Assembly (NCBI GenBank): GCA_038230375.1
Contig: JBBRNJ010000032.1
Span: 22,407-86,406 of the forward strand
Source of the DNA: Polyangiales bacterium
GTDB lineage: Bacteria > Myxococcota_A > Polyangia > Polyangiales > Polyangiaceae
DNA length: 64,000 nucleotides
Direction: 5' to 3'
This document shows, in pieces, positions 50,190 through 59,920 of this stretch (position 1 is the stretch's first letter; each line of letters begins with the position of its first letter). Both the position numbers and the translations under genes were made by a program. The notes under the pieces were generated by a model. The model worked only from the letters and a program-made list of their open reading frames with translations, did not search any database and was not told the DNA's origin.

Positions 50190-52442
50190 TCACTCGGGCG
50201 AGATAGCGAGCTTCAGCTGCGGTACGCCTGTCTCTCCGTGCGCGCGGTAGCCGTAGCGGGCCAGGTTGCCCAGCACCTTCACCACGTAGCCGCGGGTCTC
50301 GGTGTACGGGATGCGCTCCACGAACACCTCCAGCGGCATACCCGGCGAGCGCGAGAGCCAGCGCACGATCGCCTCGGGCCCTGCGTTGTACGACGCGACC
50401 ACCAGCGGAATGGCCGTCTGCTTGTCGCGCTTCTCCTTGTCGAACGTCACGAAGAGATCATGCAAGTAGTGCGAGCCGAGCGCGATGTTGTGCGGCACCA
50501 CGGTGAGATCTTGCTCGCGATGCTCCATGTGCGTGGCGTCCGCGACCACGCGCGCCGTTTCGGGCATGAGCTGCATCAGACCTATTGCACCCGCAGGCGA
50601 CACCACGTCGGGGTCGAAGCCGCTCTCCTGGCGCATGACGGCATAGACGAGGTTCTCGGGCAGGTCGTCCCTGGATTCTTCCGCGCGGACGTGCGCCTCG
50701 TACGGCTGCGGGTACGCGCAGTCCCAGGCCCATTTGTTCTTCGGGCCGGGCGCGGTCGCGAGCATCTGCGCAGGGATTTCCAGGGCAAGCGAGTGCAATC
50801 GCTTCGCGCGTCCCAGCATGTTGTATGCGACGCACAGCGCCTCCGTCCCACGGCCGGGCGCCTCGCCTCTCACGATGTTCTCGCGCTCGCGCAGCATGTC
50901 CTCTGCATCGCGGTCCAGGCCCATCGCATGCAGCATGTCCACTGGCGGCGGAAGCTTCACCGTGAGTGGCGGGGGCGCGGGTCCGCCCTCGAACGGCTCG
51001 ATGGTGAGCGGCAACGGAGTCTGCGTCTCCGCGAGCCGCGCGCGCGCGACAAGCGCCACATAGCTGAGCGGCTTCCCGCGCGCCACGTCCAGGTAGCGCG
51101 CCACCGCCTGTGTCTTGTCACCCGCCTCGCGTGCGGCCAGTGCCGCAAGCAAGGACCAGCGCGCCTGCTGCGAGCCGTCGGTCGTGTCGCCCGCGAGCTC
51201 CTCGAAGAGGCGCCGCGCCAGCTTGTATTCCTTGTTCTCGAAGTGCGAGATCGCGCGGAAGCGATCTGCGTCCTTCTCGCTGGAGCCGCCGGGGAACGAC
51301 TTCTTGTAGTCGTCGAATGCGGCAGACGCCTCCTTCCACTGCCCGTGCAGTGCGTGCGTGCGCGCGGCGAAGAACGTGGCCTGCTCTGCCCAGTTCGTCT
51401 TCGGGAAGCGTTCCCGCACCTTCGTCCACGCAAAGATCGCCTCGTTGTCCTTCTCTGCGCGGGCAAGCGCGCGTGCAGAGAGGAACGCGTCCTCCGCGGA
51501 GTGCGGCCCGCCGCGGTTGCTGCATGTGCCGTAGCTCGCCGCGGCTTCCTGGTAGCGCGACTTTGCCTTGAACAACGCGTCCGCACGCGCGCGACAGGCA
51601 TCCAGCGCCGAGACCGCCTTCGGTGCCGACGCGGAGCGATCGGCCATCACCAGTGCAGCGTCCGTGTGTCCGCCGTCGGACAGCGTCTGCGAGCGCTCCA
51701 CCAGCTCTGGCCCCGTGAGTGGATGCGTGGGGTCCACCTGCTCCAGCGTGTTCGCGGCCTGTGCCTCCACGTCCGGATCCTCTGCGTGGATCGCGAGCCA
51801 GCGCGCGTCGTCCGGTGTGCTGGGCGCCTTTGGTGCGGCGAGCCGCATGCGTGCACGCCGAGCAGCGGTCTCCTCCTTGCGCGTGCGCTTCGCGTCGCCG
51901 AGCACCTTCTCGCATGCGGCGATCGCGCGATCGGGCTTCTGCGCGCGCTCGTACCCGGCGGCCGCGGACAGCCACGCGGAAGGCGTGCCGCGCTTCATGA
52001 AGAAGTCGGCCGCGCCGTCGAACGGCCCCACCTCGAGCTCTGCCTCCGCGCGCTGCCGCTGGATGCTGTCGGTGAGCAGCGGGAGCGCGTCCTCCAGCTT
52101 CTCGAGCGCCGCGCGCGCATCCTTGTAGTTTCCACGCTTCATCAGGACGCGCGCATGCGTGAAGCGCACCTCCGGCCTCTGCTTCTCTGCGTCCGGCAAC
52201 GCGGCGATCGCGAGCTCCGCCTCGTCCCAGCGGAGCAGGCGCACGGCCTCCGTGAAGGTGAGTTGCGCCTTCGCTGGCGCAGACGCAGCGTCGTCGCCAG
52301 TGCCCGCAGAGCTCACGGTCTGTGCGCTGTCCGCATCGTTGAGGTTGGTGGAGGCGTTGGGCGCAGGCGGAGCGTCGCCCTTGCAAGCACAGCACGCGAT
52401 GATGAGCGTGGTCGCCAGCGCAGAGGCCCGGATGGCGGTCAC
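50190..52442 (-). CDS. Soluble lytic transglycosylase (Slt-like) lipoprotein with TPRs
   Basis: RQESGF, GAIGLMQLMP, YNAGP, IPYTETRGYV. Cys-containing signal. Confidence 0.93.
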   Translation of the reverse strand: MTAIRASALATTLIIACCACKGDAPPAPNASTNLNDADSAQTVSSAGTGDDAASAPAKAQLTFTEAVRLLRWDEAELAIAALPDAEKQRPEVRFTHARVLMKRGNYKDARAALEKLEDALPLLTDSIQRQRAEAELEVGPFDGAADFFMKRGTPSAWLSAAAGYERAQKPDRAIAACEKVLGDAKRTRKEETAARRARMRLAAPKAPSTPDDARWLAIHAEDPDVEAQAANTLEQVDPTHPLTGPELVERSQTLSDGGHTDAALVMADRSASAPKAVSALDACRARADALFKAKSRYQEAAASYGTCSNRGGPHSAEDAFLSARALARAEKDNEAIFAWTKVRERFPKTNWAEQATFFAARTHALHGQWKEASAAFDDYKKSFPGGSSEKDADRFRAISHFENKEYKLARRLFEELAGDTTDGSQQARWSLLAALAAREAGDKTQAVARYLDVARGKPLSYVALVARARLAETQTPLPLTIEPFEGGPAPPPLTVKLPPPVDMLHAMGLDRDAEDMLRERENIVRGEAPGRGTEALCVAYNMLGRAKRLHSLALEIPAQMLATAPGPKNKWAWDCAYPQPYEAHVRAEESRDDLPENLVYAVMRQESGFDPDVVSPAGAIGLMQLMPETARVVADATHMEHREQDLTVVPHNIALGSHYLHDLFVTFDKEKRDKQTAIPLVVASYNAGPEAIVRWLSRSPGMPLEVFVERIPYTETRGYVVKVLGNLARYGYRAHGETGVPQLKLAISPE

Positions 52443-52452
52443 TCGCCCGGGC

Positions 52453-53718
52453 TCAGCGGAAGACACCGAAGCCTCCGCCACCGCGCCAGCCGGTGTCGCG
52501 CGTGACGCCAGTCTCGTCCTCGCCGCGGACGACGCGCAAGAGACGTGGGAGTGCCATCGACAGAGCGTGGTCGCCCTGCTCGATGCCGATCCATCTTCGC
52601 CCCATCTTGTGCGCCACCGCGGCAGTCGTACCACTTCCGAGGTACGGGTCCAGCACCCAATCACCCGGGTCCGAGACCATGGAGAGGATGCGATGCAAGA
52701 GCCGCTCTGGCTTCTTGTTCCGCACGAAGACCACGCCACCCTCCTTCGCGATCCCCTGGAAGGGAACGTCGTTCCAGACTGTGGTGAGCGGCTCCACCAT
52801 CGTGGGTACGCCATCGATCGCTTGCACCTTGTCCGCCAGGAACAGGATGCGCTGGCCTGCGCGCAGGTAGATCGGCTTGTGGGCCTTCCGCGTGTGGAGG
52901 AAGACCCTGGCGGGCTCGGCGCGCGACCGTCTGATCGCCTCCTGCACGTCACGGCCTACCGCCTCGAACCGAGGCTCCGCGAACCTCACCACGTGCGCTG
53001 CGTGCTCCAGGCTGAAGCGGCCGCGCGCCTCTTCCCACGCGTCCTTTCCCAGCGCGCGCTTCGCCGCAGCGACGGATGGATGGCCCAGCGCCTCTGCGAT
53101 GAACGCGCGCAGCGGTCTGAACGTCCACTCCGACCACGGTCGCGTGGGGTTCATGAGGGCGGTCGTGTACGCCGTGTCCACGCCCGCGCGCGGCATCACG
53201 AGCGCGTGCATGCGGACCTTCTTCCGGTCCTTCGCGTAGAACAGCAGATAGTCACTGACGTTCACGGGCCCCACGTTGCGCGCCTTGTGTCCGGTCGCGG
53301 CGCTGCGCTTCACCGTGACGGTGGCGATGCGTTGGGCGCGCCCGAACACGTCGTCCAGGGTGGTCATCAGCGTGGCCAGCTCCGTGTCGTCGATCTCCGC
53401 GCAGAGGACGCCGTCGTCCGTGAGCAGCGCGCGGCAACGCTCGGCCACCGCGCGCACCGCCACCTGCCACGCAGCCGTGGTCGCGTGGTCGTCGTACTGC
53501 GCGAAGCGTCGGCCTGTGTTGTACGGGGGGTCAATGTAGACTGCACGGACCGAGTTCCCGTGCTCCGACAGAAGCCAGTCCATCGCGCGCACGTTGTCCG
53601 CATGGATCAGCATGTTGTCGCTGGTTCGTACGCCCGCCGAGAGCGAGCGATCACGCGCGAGCTCGCTCCTTGCTGGGCGCGCGGCAGGACGCTTGGTTGC
53701 GGCCTTCGTGGCGCGCAT
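52453..53718 (-). CDS. Site-specific DNA methyltransferase (N6/N4, beta class, type III Mod-like)
   Basis: YIDPPYNTG, KKPE.LL.RI, VLDPYLGSGTTAAVAHKMGRRWIGIE. ATG overlaps the upstream TGA (TGATG). Confidence 0.92.
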   Translation of the reverse strand: MRATKAATKRPAARPARSELARDRSLSAGVRTSDNMLIHADNVRAMDWLLSEHGNSVRAVYIDPPYNTGRRFAQYDDHATTAAWQVAVRAVAERCRALLTDDGVLCAEIDDTELATLMTTLDDVFGRAQRIATVTVKRSAATGHKARNVGPVNVSDYLLFYAKDRKKVRMHALVMPRAGVDTAYTTALMNPTRPWSEWTFRPLRAFIAEALGHPSVAAAKRALGKDAWEEARGRFSLEHAAHVVRFAEPRFEAVGRDVQEAIRRSRAEPARVFLHTRKAHKPIYLRAGQRILFLADKVQAIDGVPTMVEPLTTVWNDVPFQGIAKEGGVVFVRNKKPERLLHRILSMVSDPGDWVLDPYLGSGTTAAVAHKMGRRWIGIEQGDHALSMALPRLLRVVRGEDETGVTRDTGWRGGGGFGVFR

Positions 53719-55145
53719 CAACGCGGTGGGGGCAGCGTGGGTCCGCGCAGCCACGGCTCGGAGAGCGTTCGAAAGTTACCCTCGCCGCCAAGGCCGCCCA
53801 TCACGCTGGCCAGTCCCCACTGCAAGCGGTTGATGAACGTGAAGTCCTGCGGCATGTCGATGGGCTTCGGAAGGTTCGGGAGGACCTGGCCCGGCTCCTT
53901 CTTCCAGATCTTCTTCGACCCGCGCACCAGGAACGCGACGGTCTCCTTCGCGGCCGCGCGCGTGTGCTTGTATGTGCCGTCCATCGTGAGCGGCTTCAAC
54001 AGGAGCTTCGTGTATTCTACATACAAACGGAACGCCTCGGTGTCCGTGGGATCGTAGCCAAGGACGTCCGCGCACTCTCGCTCGAAGTCATCCCACTGTT
54101 CGTCCATGGCGGCCACGATGTAGCGCTTCATGCCAGCGATGAGGGCGGGAGGGATCTCCTTCACGCAGCCGAAATCCAGGAAGCCAACCCGACCGCCGCC
54201 CAGGAAGCGGTAGTTGCCCGGGTGCGGGTCGGCGTACAGCATGCCGTGCTCGAACAGCGGCTTGAACATGAACGTCCAGATGGTGCGGCTGGCCGCGTTC
54301 TTGTCCTCTTGCGATGCGGACTCGCAGAACTGGCTGTAGTCCTGACCGCCGAGCAGCTCCATGGTGAGGACGCGTTTCGTGGTGAGGTTGTGGAACACGC
54401 GCGGGATCACGATGTCGGCCTCACCGTCACCGTCGCGCCGATCCAGCAGGTGGATGCGGCGGAACAGGTCGGCGTTCTCTGCCTCCGTGCGGTAGTCCAG
54501 CTCCGCCATGAAGACGGACTTGATCTCGTCGAGCGTCTCCTTCGTTTTGTACTTGCGGCCCATCGGCGCGATCATCATCTCCAGCAGCGAGATGCTCTTC
54601 AGGTCGTTCTCGATCGCCTTGTCGATGCCTGGGTACTGCACCTTCACGGCGACCTTCTCACCGTTCCTGGTCGTCGCGCGGTGCACCTGACCGATGCTCG
54701 CGGCGGCGAACGGCTCCGCCTCCCACTCCGCGAAGATCTCCTCGGGCACGCCGAGCTCCGCGGTGACCACCTTGCGCGCGGCCTCCACCGAGAGCGGCGG
54801 CGCCTTCGCCTGCAGCTTCTTCAGCGCCTCCTGGAAGCGGTCCTCGTAGCCGGGCGGCGCGAGCCCGTCGATGTACGAGGCCATCTGCCCGAACTTCAGC
54901 GGCAGTCCCTTCATCTCGCCGAGCGTCTTCAGCATCGCGTCGGCGGTCTTCTGCGCGTTCTTGAGGAGCGCGAGCTGCGCCGCACGCTCCGCCTCTTCGC
55001 TTCGTGGCGTGGACGTCACTGCCTTGCGCAGCGCCTCCCTCGCGAGCGGGATCGTGCGCGGTGCAAGCGCCGCGAGCCGCGCCAGGCGCCCAAGCCGCGA
55101 TGTCGGCGGCGCGTCCGGGCGGTCACGATCGGAACCACGTCCCAT
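53718..55145 (-). CDS. ABC1/UbiB (AarF) atypical kinase
   Basis: MKGLPLKFGQ, AAASIGQVH, AVKVQYPG, ELDY..EA, ADPHPGN, LDFG. Confidence 0.95.
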   Translation of the reverse strand: MGRGSDRDRPDAPPTSRLGRLARLAALAPRTIPLAREALRKAVTSTPRSEEAERAAQLALLKNAQKTADAMLKTLGEMKGLPLKFGQMASYIDGLAPPGYEDRFQEALKKLQAKAPPLSVEAARKVVTAELGVPEEIFAEWEAEPFAAASIGQVHRATTRNGEKVAVKVQYPGIDKAIENDLKSISLLEMMIAPMGRKYKTKETLDEIKSVFMAELDYRTEAENADLFRRIHLLDRRDGDGEADIVIPRVFHNLTTKRVLTMELLGGQDYSQFCESASQEDKNAASRTIWTFMFKPLFEHGMLYADPHPGNYRFLGGGRVGFLDFGCVKEIPPALIAGMKRYIVAAMDEQWDDFERECADVLGYDPTDTEAFRLYVEYTKLLLKPLTMDGTYKHTRAAAKETVAFLVRGSKKIWKKEPGQVLPNLPKPIDMPQDFTFINRLQWGLASVMGGLGGEGNFRTLSEPWLRGPTLPPPR

Positions 55146-55173
55146 GGACCTCGATATGCTAGAGTGGCGCCGC

Positions 55174-55623
55174 ATGAACGCAATCGCAAAAACCTCAACG
55201 TTCGTCCTGATCATCGTTGCGACCTTGCCATTTGCGGCTGGCGCCATCGTCACCCTGAATGGTTGCGACAAGTTCAAGAAGGGCGGAGATGGCGACGCGG
55301 CCTCTGATGCAGCGCCCGTTGCGGCCACTGTCGACACGACTCCCACCGACAGCGCAACCCCGAGCGCGACGACCATCACCACGCCGACGTGGCACCCGAC
55401 CGTGCGCGTTGACGGAGGAGTGAAGCTCGGCGACGCCGGCGTCGTGAAGCTCGCGGACGGCGGCATCGCCGCGCCGATCCCGGTCCCTACGGGCACCATG
55501 CCTCCGCCCGGCTTCCCCACGGCACTTCCGCCGGGCTTCCCGTCGAGCCTTCCGCCGGGCTTCCCGTCGAGCATTCCTACGACCTTGCCCACCTTCCCCG
55601 TGCCGCCCAAGCCGTCGCACTAG
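55174..55623 (+). CDS. Small Pro/Thr-rich lipoprotein with PPGFPxx(L/I) repeats
   Basis: Lipobox LNGC. Three 24-bp repeats at 55504-55575. Confidence 0.7.
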   Translation: MNAIAKTSTFVLIIVATLPFAAGAIVTLNGCDKFKKGGDGDAASDAAPVAATVDTTPTDSATPSATTITTPTWHPTVRVDGGVKLGDAGVVKLADGGIAAPIPVPTGTMPPPGFPTALPPGFPSSLPPGFPSSIPTTLPTFPVPPKPSH

Positions 55624-55631
55624 GCCTTTCG

Positions 55632-56960
55632 ATGTCGGAGGTCGCGAAGACGAAGAGTGAGCGCCTGCGGGAGAGCGGCAAGACGCCGTCGTCTTCGCAG
55701 AACCTCCCGCGCCGGGTCGGCGTCTACACGCTCTTCGACTTCATTGGTCGTGGCGGCATGGCGGAGATCTTCCTCGCGCGCGCGCACACGGAGCTGGGCG
55801 CCATACGTCTTTGCGTGGTGAAGGAGATCCTCCCGGAGTTCTCGGAGAACAAGGAGTTCGCCGAGATGCTCACGTTCGAGGCGAAGCTTGCCGCCCGCCT
55901 CTCGCACGCGAACATCGTCCAGGTCTTCGACCTTGGTCGAGCGGAGGGTCACCTGTTCATCGCCATGGAGTACGTGGAGGGGCTCGACCTCAACGCGCTT
56001 CTCCGCCGCTGCACCATGGAGAAGGTCAGCCTGCCCGTCGAGTTCGCGATCGGCATCATCTGCGAGGCGCTGCGTGGCCTGGACTACGCGCATCGCCGCA
56101 CCGACGACGCCGGTCTCGCCCTCGGCATCGTCCACCGTGACGTGTCGCCATCGAACGTCCTGGTGAGCTTCGATGGTGAGGTGAAGCTCTGCGACTTTGG
56201 CATTGCGAAGGCGAACGAGCTCGTCCTTGCCCCCCCGCAGAGCGGCGAGAACGGCGTGTCCGACGAGAACATCAAGGGCAAGGCGGGCTACATGAGCCCC
56301 GAGCAAGCTCGTGGTGGAGACGTCGACGCGCGCGCGGATGTGTTCTCGGCCGGCATTCTCCTGTGGGAGCTCGCCAGCGGTCATCGCATGTACAAGCCCA
56401 GCTCCGACGTTCCGCTGCTGGAGCAGGCGCGACGCGCGGAGATCGGCGAGCCCAGGAAGCGCGGCCTGCCGGAGGAAGAGCTCCTCCATCAGGTGATCAT
56501 GAAGGCGCTCGCGGTCGATCGTGACGAGCGGTACGCCACCGCCGCCGACCTCGTCTCGGCGCTCGAGGAGTACATGGCGAAGGCAAAGCTCCAGATGAGC
56601 CCGCTGCGCCTCGGCGACTGGATGAGCGAGCACTTCGGCGCAGAGATCACGCTTCAGCGTCGCGTGCGCGAGCAGGCCCTGTCCGCGCAGAGCTTGCCCC
56701 CAATGCCCATTTCCGGTGAGCGCTCACCGACCGAGGCGAGCAAGGTCGAGGAGCTCTACGGACCCAGCTCGCTCGTCGGCGCGGCGATGGACGTGAAGAA
56801 GCGCGAAGGCAGGGGCCTCGCCTCCGACGCGTCAGAGCCGGACCTCGACAAGCCGCGCGTCGACCTCGACTACGAGAAGAAGAAGCGGATGATGTTCATC
56901 TTCGCCGTCCTCCTTGCCGTCGTCGTGGTCGCGCTCGTGCTCCTCACGCGAAAGCCGTGA
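55632..56960 (+). CDS. Ser/Thr protein kinase with C-terminal membrane anchor
   Basis: GRGGMA, HRDVSPSN, DFG, KGKAGYMSPE, terminal TM segment. Confidence 0.95.
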   Translation: MSEVAKTKSERLRESGKTPSSSQNLPRRVGVYTLFDFIGRGGMAEIFLARAHTELGAIRLCVVKEILPEFSENKEFAEMLTFEAKLAARLSHANIVQVFDLGRAEGHLFIAMEYVEGLDLNALLRRCTMEKVSLPVEFAIGIICEALRGLDYAHRRTDDAGLALGIVHRDVSPSNVLVSFDGEVKLCDFGIAKANELVLAPPQSGENGVSDENIKGKAGYMSPEQARGGDVDARADVFSAGILLWELASGHRMYKPSSDVPLLEQARRAEIGEPRKRGLPEEELLHQVIMKALAVDRDERYATAADLVSALEEYMAKAKLQMSPLRLGDWMSEHFGAEITLQRRVREQALSAQSLPPMPISGERSPTEASKVEELYGPSSLVGAAMDVKKREGRGLASDASEPDLDKPRVDLDYEKKKRMMFIFAVLLAVVVVALVLLTRKP

Positions 56961-59215
56961 CCACGAAGCTCGCTGACGTAGCGCTCCCGGTACCGCTCGC
57001 GCAGGCGTTCACGTATGAGGTGCCTCGCGCGCTTGCCGCGGAGGCGTGCGCCGGTGCACGCGTGATCGTGAGCCTTGGGAACAAGAAGACGGTTGGCGTC
57101 ATCTTGAAGGTGTTCGACGGCGAGCCGCCGCCGAAGGTGAAGCGCCTGGAGCGCGTACTGCCAGGCGGGGGCTTGCCGGAGGATCTGCTCGCGTTCCTCA
57201 TCGAGCTCTCTCGCTACTACTTCGCGCCCGTGGGCGAGGTGATGAAGCTCGCGTTGCCGCCGGTGGAGCGCGACACGCTGAGGGCGCTCGCGGAGCCGCT
57301 TCTTTTCCAGGAGAACGTGCGCGGCGTCGGCGCGCGCAAGGTGCAGTGGGTGCTCTGCGTGGAGGGATCTGCACCGCCACCGAAGCTCACGCCGAAGCAA
57401 GCGTCCGTGCTCGCGCGCATGGCGGCCGCGAAGGAGCTGCCGCTCGCGGAGCTCGAGGCCGAGATCCCGGGCGCACGCGCCGCCACCGCACGACTCGCGG
57501 AAACGGGCCTCTTGCGTCTGGAAGTGCGGGACAAGCGCGCCGACCCGCTCTTCTCCGCCAGCGTCGCGCGCGACGTTCCTCCCGTGCTCACGGACGAGCA
57601 GGCGACCGCGTTCGCGGCGCTCGGCCTTGCCATCGATGCAGGCGCGTTCGCCACGTTCGTGCTTCACGGCGTGACCGGCGCGGGCAAGACGGAGGTCTAC
57701 CTTCGCGCGATCGAGCGCGCCAGCGCGAAGGGCCGTGGCTCGATCTTGCTGGTCCCGGAGATCGCGCTCACGCCGCAGCTCGTGTCACGCTTCCGCGCGC
57801 GCTTCGGCGACGACGTAGGGGTCATTCACTCCGGCCTGTCTGCGAAGGAACGCCACGCCATGTGGATGCGTCTGCGCACAGGCGTGGTGAACGTGGCGAT
57901 CGGGGCGCGGTCGGCGGTGTTCGCGCCAGTGCAGAACCTTGGCCTCCTGATCGTCGACGAGGAGCACGATCCGTCGTTCAAGCAGGAAGAGGGCGTGCGC
58001 TACAACGCGCGCGACATGGCCATGCTCCGCGCCCACCGCACGTCTAGCGTGTGCATCCTGGGCAGCGCGACCCCGTCGCTCGAGAGCGAGCTTCTTGTCC
58101 GCACCAACAAGGCGCAGAAGCTCCGGCTGCGCCAGCGCGCCCACAAGGATGCAGTGCTGCCCAAGGTGGAGATCATCGATCTGCGCCGCACCCCGCCCGG
58201 TCCCACCGGCGACAAGCGCGTGAGCCTTCCGCTTCATCGCGCGATCGAGAAGGCGCTCGCCGCGAAGGGCCAGATCATCCTGTTCCTGAACCGTCGCGGC
58301 TTCTCACCCAGCGTGCGCTGCGAAGCCTGCGGCGATCTGGTGTCGTGCCCCGACTGCTCCGTGGCCATGACGTTCCACAAGGGCAAACGCAGCGAGCTCC
58401 GCTGCCACTACTGCGACCGGCGCACCCGCATGCCCGAGAAGTGCACCAAGTGCGGCGCGAACGCGCTCTCCCTCGAAGGGCTGGGCACGGAGAAGCTGGA
58501 AGAGACGCTCAGCGCGGCGTTCCCCGAGGCGCGTGTGGCGCGACTGGATCGCGACGTGGCCGGCTCCGCCGACAAGGTCGAGGCGATCATGGGCGCGATG
58601 CGCAATCGCGAGATCGACATCCTCGTTGGGACGCAGATGGTCACCAAGGGGCACGATTTGCCGGATGTGCTGCTCGTGGGTGTCATCAACGCAGATGCAG
58701 CGATCTCCATGCCGGATTTCCGCGCGAGCGAGCGCGCATTCCAGCTCCTGGTGCAGGTCGCCGGACGCGCGGGCAGGGGCGAGCGCGCGGGCAAGGTGCT
58801 GGTCCAGACCTACGATCCGAGCCACCACGCGATCATCCATGCTGCGCGGCACGACGTGGACGCGTTCGTTGCGCAGGAGCTCCTGGATCGTGAGGAGCTC
58901 TTCTATCCGCCGTATGCCCGGAGCGCGCTCGTGCGCGTGGACGGACCCGAGGAGTCCGCAGTGAAGGCCGCTGCCACGGAGCTTGCCGCCGCTGCATCCG
59001 CGGCGATCACGAGCGGCGCGCTCTTGGTGGAGGTGAAGGGACCAGCGCCCGCCCCCGTGCTCCGCATTCGCGGTCGCTTCCGCTATCGCGTCCTCTTGCA
59101 CGCGAAGGAACGCGCGGCGCTGCGCACCGTTCTGGCTGCAGTTCGCGCCAGGCTCGCCTCGCTACCGCGCGCGATCGGCGTCCAGCTCGATGTCGACCCG
59201 ATGCAGCTTCTGTAG
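56957..59215 (+). CDS. priA: Primosomal protein N' (replication restart helicase)
   Basis: GVTGAGKTEVY, VPEIALTPQ, DEEHD.SFKQ, LNRRG, Cys-rich region, QVAGRAGR, DVDP. Confidence 0.98.
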   Translation: MTTKLADVALPVPLAQAFTYEVPRALAAEACAGARVIVSLGNKKTVGVILKVFDGEPPPKVKRLERVLPGGGLPEDLLAFLIELSRYYFAPVGEVMKLALPPVERDTLRALAEPLLFQENVRGVGARKVQWVLCVEGSAPPPKLTPKQASVLARMAAAKELPLAELEAEIPGARAATARLAETGLLRLEVRDKRADPLFSASVARDVPPVLTDEQATAFAALGLAIDAGAFATFVLHGVTGAGKTEVYLRAIERASAKGRGSILLVPEIALTPQLVSRFRARFGDDVGVIHSGLSAKERHAMWMRLRTGVVNVAIGARSAVFAPVQNLGLLIVDEEHDPSFKQEEGVRYNARDMAMLRAHRTSSVCILGSATPSLESELLVRTNKAQKLRLRQRAHKDAVLPKVEIIDLRRTPPGPTGDKRVSLPLHRAIEKALAAKGQIILFLNRRGFSPSVRCEACGDLVSCPDCSVAMTFHKGKRSELRCHYCDRRTRMPEKCTKCGANALSLEGLGTEKLEETLSAAFPEARVARLDRDVAGSADKVEAIMGAMRNREIDILVGTQMVTKGHDLPDVLLVGVINADAAISMPDFRASERAFQLLVQVAGRAGRGERAGKVLVQTYDPSHHAIIHAARHDVDAFVAQELLDREELFYPPYARSALVRVDGPEESAVKAAATELAAAASAAITSGALLVEVKGPAPAPVLRIRGRFRYRVLLHAKERAALRTVLAAVRARLASLPRAIGVQLDVDPMQLL

Positions 59216-59267
59216 GAGCTACACGCTCCTGGCGATTTCAAGGTAGGCTCGCGCTCACGGACCCGCC

Positions 59268-59876
59268 GTGCCCGACCGACCCACCGACGTGACGAAGCTC
59301 TCCGTGCGTGTCGAGACTCCGCGTCTCGTGATGCGCGCGCCGCTCGTTACCGACGTACCGGAGCTGCGCCTCTTGATGCGCAAGAACGTCGAGCACCTGC
59401 GCCCCGTCTCGCCCCTTGCACGCCCGGGTGAGGACTCCACGTCGCTGACGGAGCTCTCCAACGTGATCGCGCGCCAGCGCAGGGAGTGGCGTCAGGACCG
59501 GGGCTACTCGCTCTTGATCACGATGAAGCATCCCGACCGGCCCATCATCGGGCGGCTCGCGCTGAACAACGTGGTGCGCGGCGTCTTCCAGAACGCGTAC
59601 CTGGGGTACTGGATCGACTCCTCACATCAGGGACGCGGGCTCATGACAGAGGCCGTGCGCGGCATCATCGGCTTCGCGTTCGCCATGCTGAAGCTGCATC
59701 GGGTGCAGATCGCCATCATGCCGCACAACGTGAAGAGCCTTCGCGTGGTGGAGCGCCTGGGCATCCGGCGCGAGGGAACGGCGCTCGGGTACCTGGCCAT
59801 CGCCGGTGCATGGGAGGATCACGAGATCTTCGCCGTGACCGCCAGCGAGCCGCTCACGCCAGCTACGGAAGCCTGA
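59268..59876 (+). CDS. rimJ: RimJ-like GNAT N-acetyltransferase
   Basis: VRGVFQNAYLGYWID...G.GLMTEAV, LHRV, N..S.RV..RLG, I.G.WEDH. Confidence 0.8.
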   Translation: MPDRPTDVTKLSVRVETPRLVMRAPLVTDVPELRLLMRKNVEHLRPVSPLARPGEDSTSLTELSNVIARQRREWRQDRGYSLLITMKHPDRPIIGRLALNNVVRGVFQNAYLGYWIDSSHQGRGLMTEAVRGIIGFAFAMLKLHRVQIAIMPHNVKSLRVVERLGIRREGTALGYLAIAGAWEDHEIFAVTASEPLTPATEA

Positions 59877-59880
59877 CACA

Positions 59881-59918
59881 TTTTTTGGCAACCACTGCTC
59901 CGGCCGGCCGATGGGGAG
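59881..59918 (+). promoter_or_regulatory. Second copy of the putative sigma28/ECF-like promoter motif
   Basis: TTTTTTG GCAACC-N13-GCCGATGGGGAG, matching 13802-13840. Ends 2 nt before the comF ATG. Confidence 0.55.
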
Positions 59919-59920
59919 TC

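Noticed and set aside
55504..55575. PPGF repeats as ligands of the nearby GYF_2 domain (eukaryotic GYF domains bind PPG-hydrophobic motifs)
   Set aside because: Predicted topology conflicts: the lipoprotein is extracytoplasmic and the GYF_2 domain is cytoplasmic.
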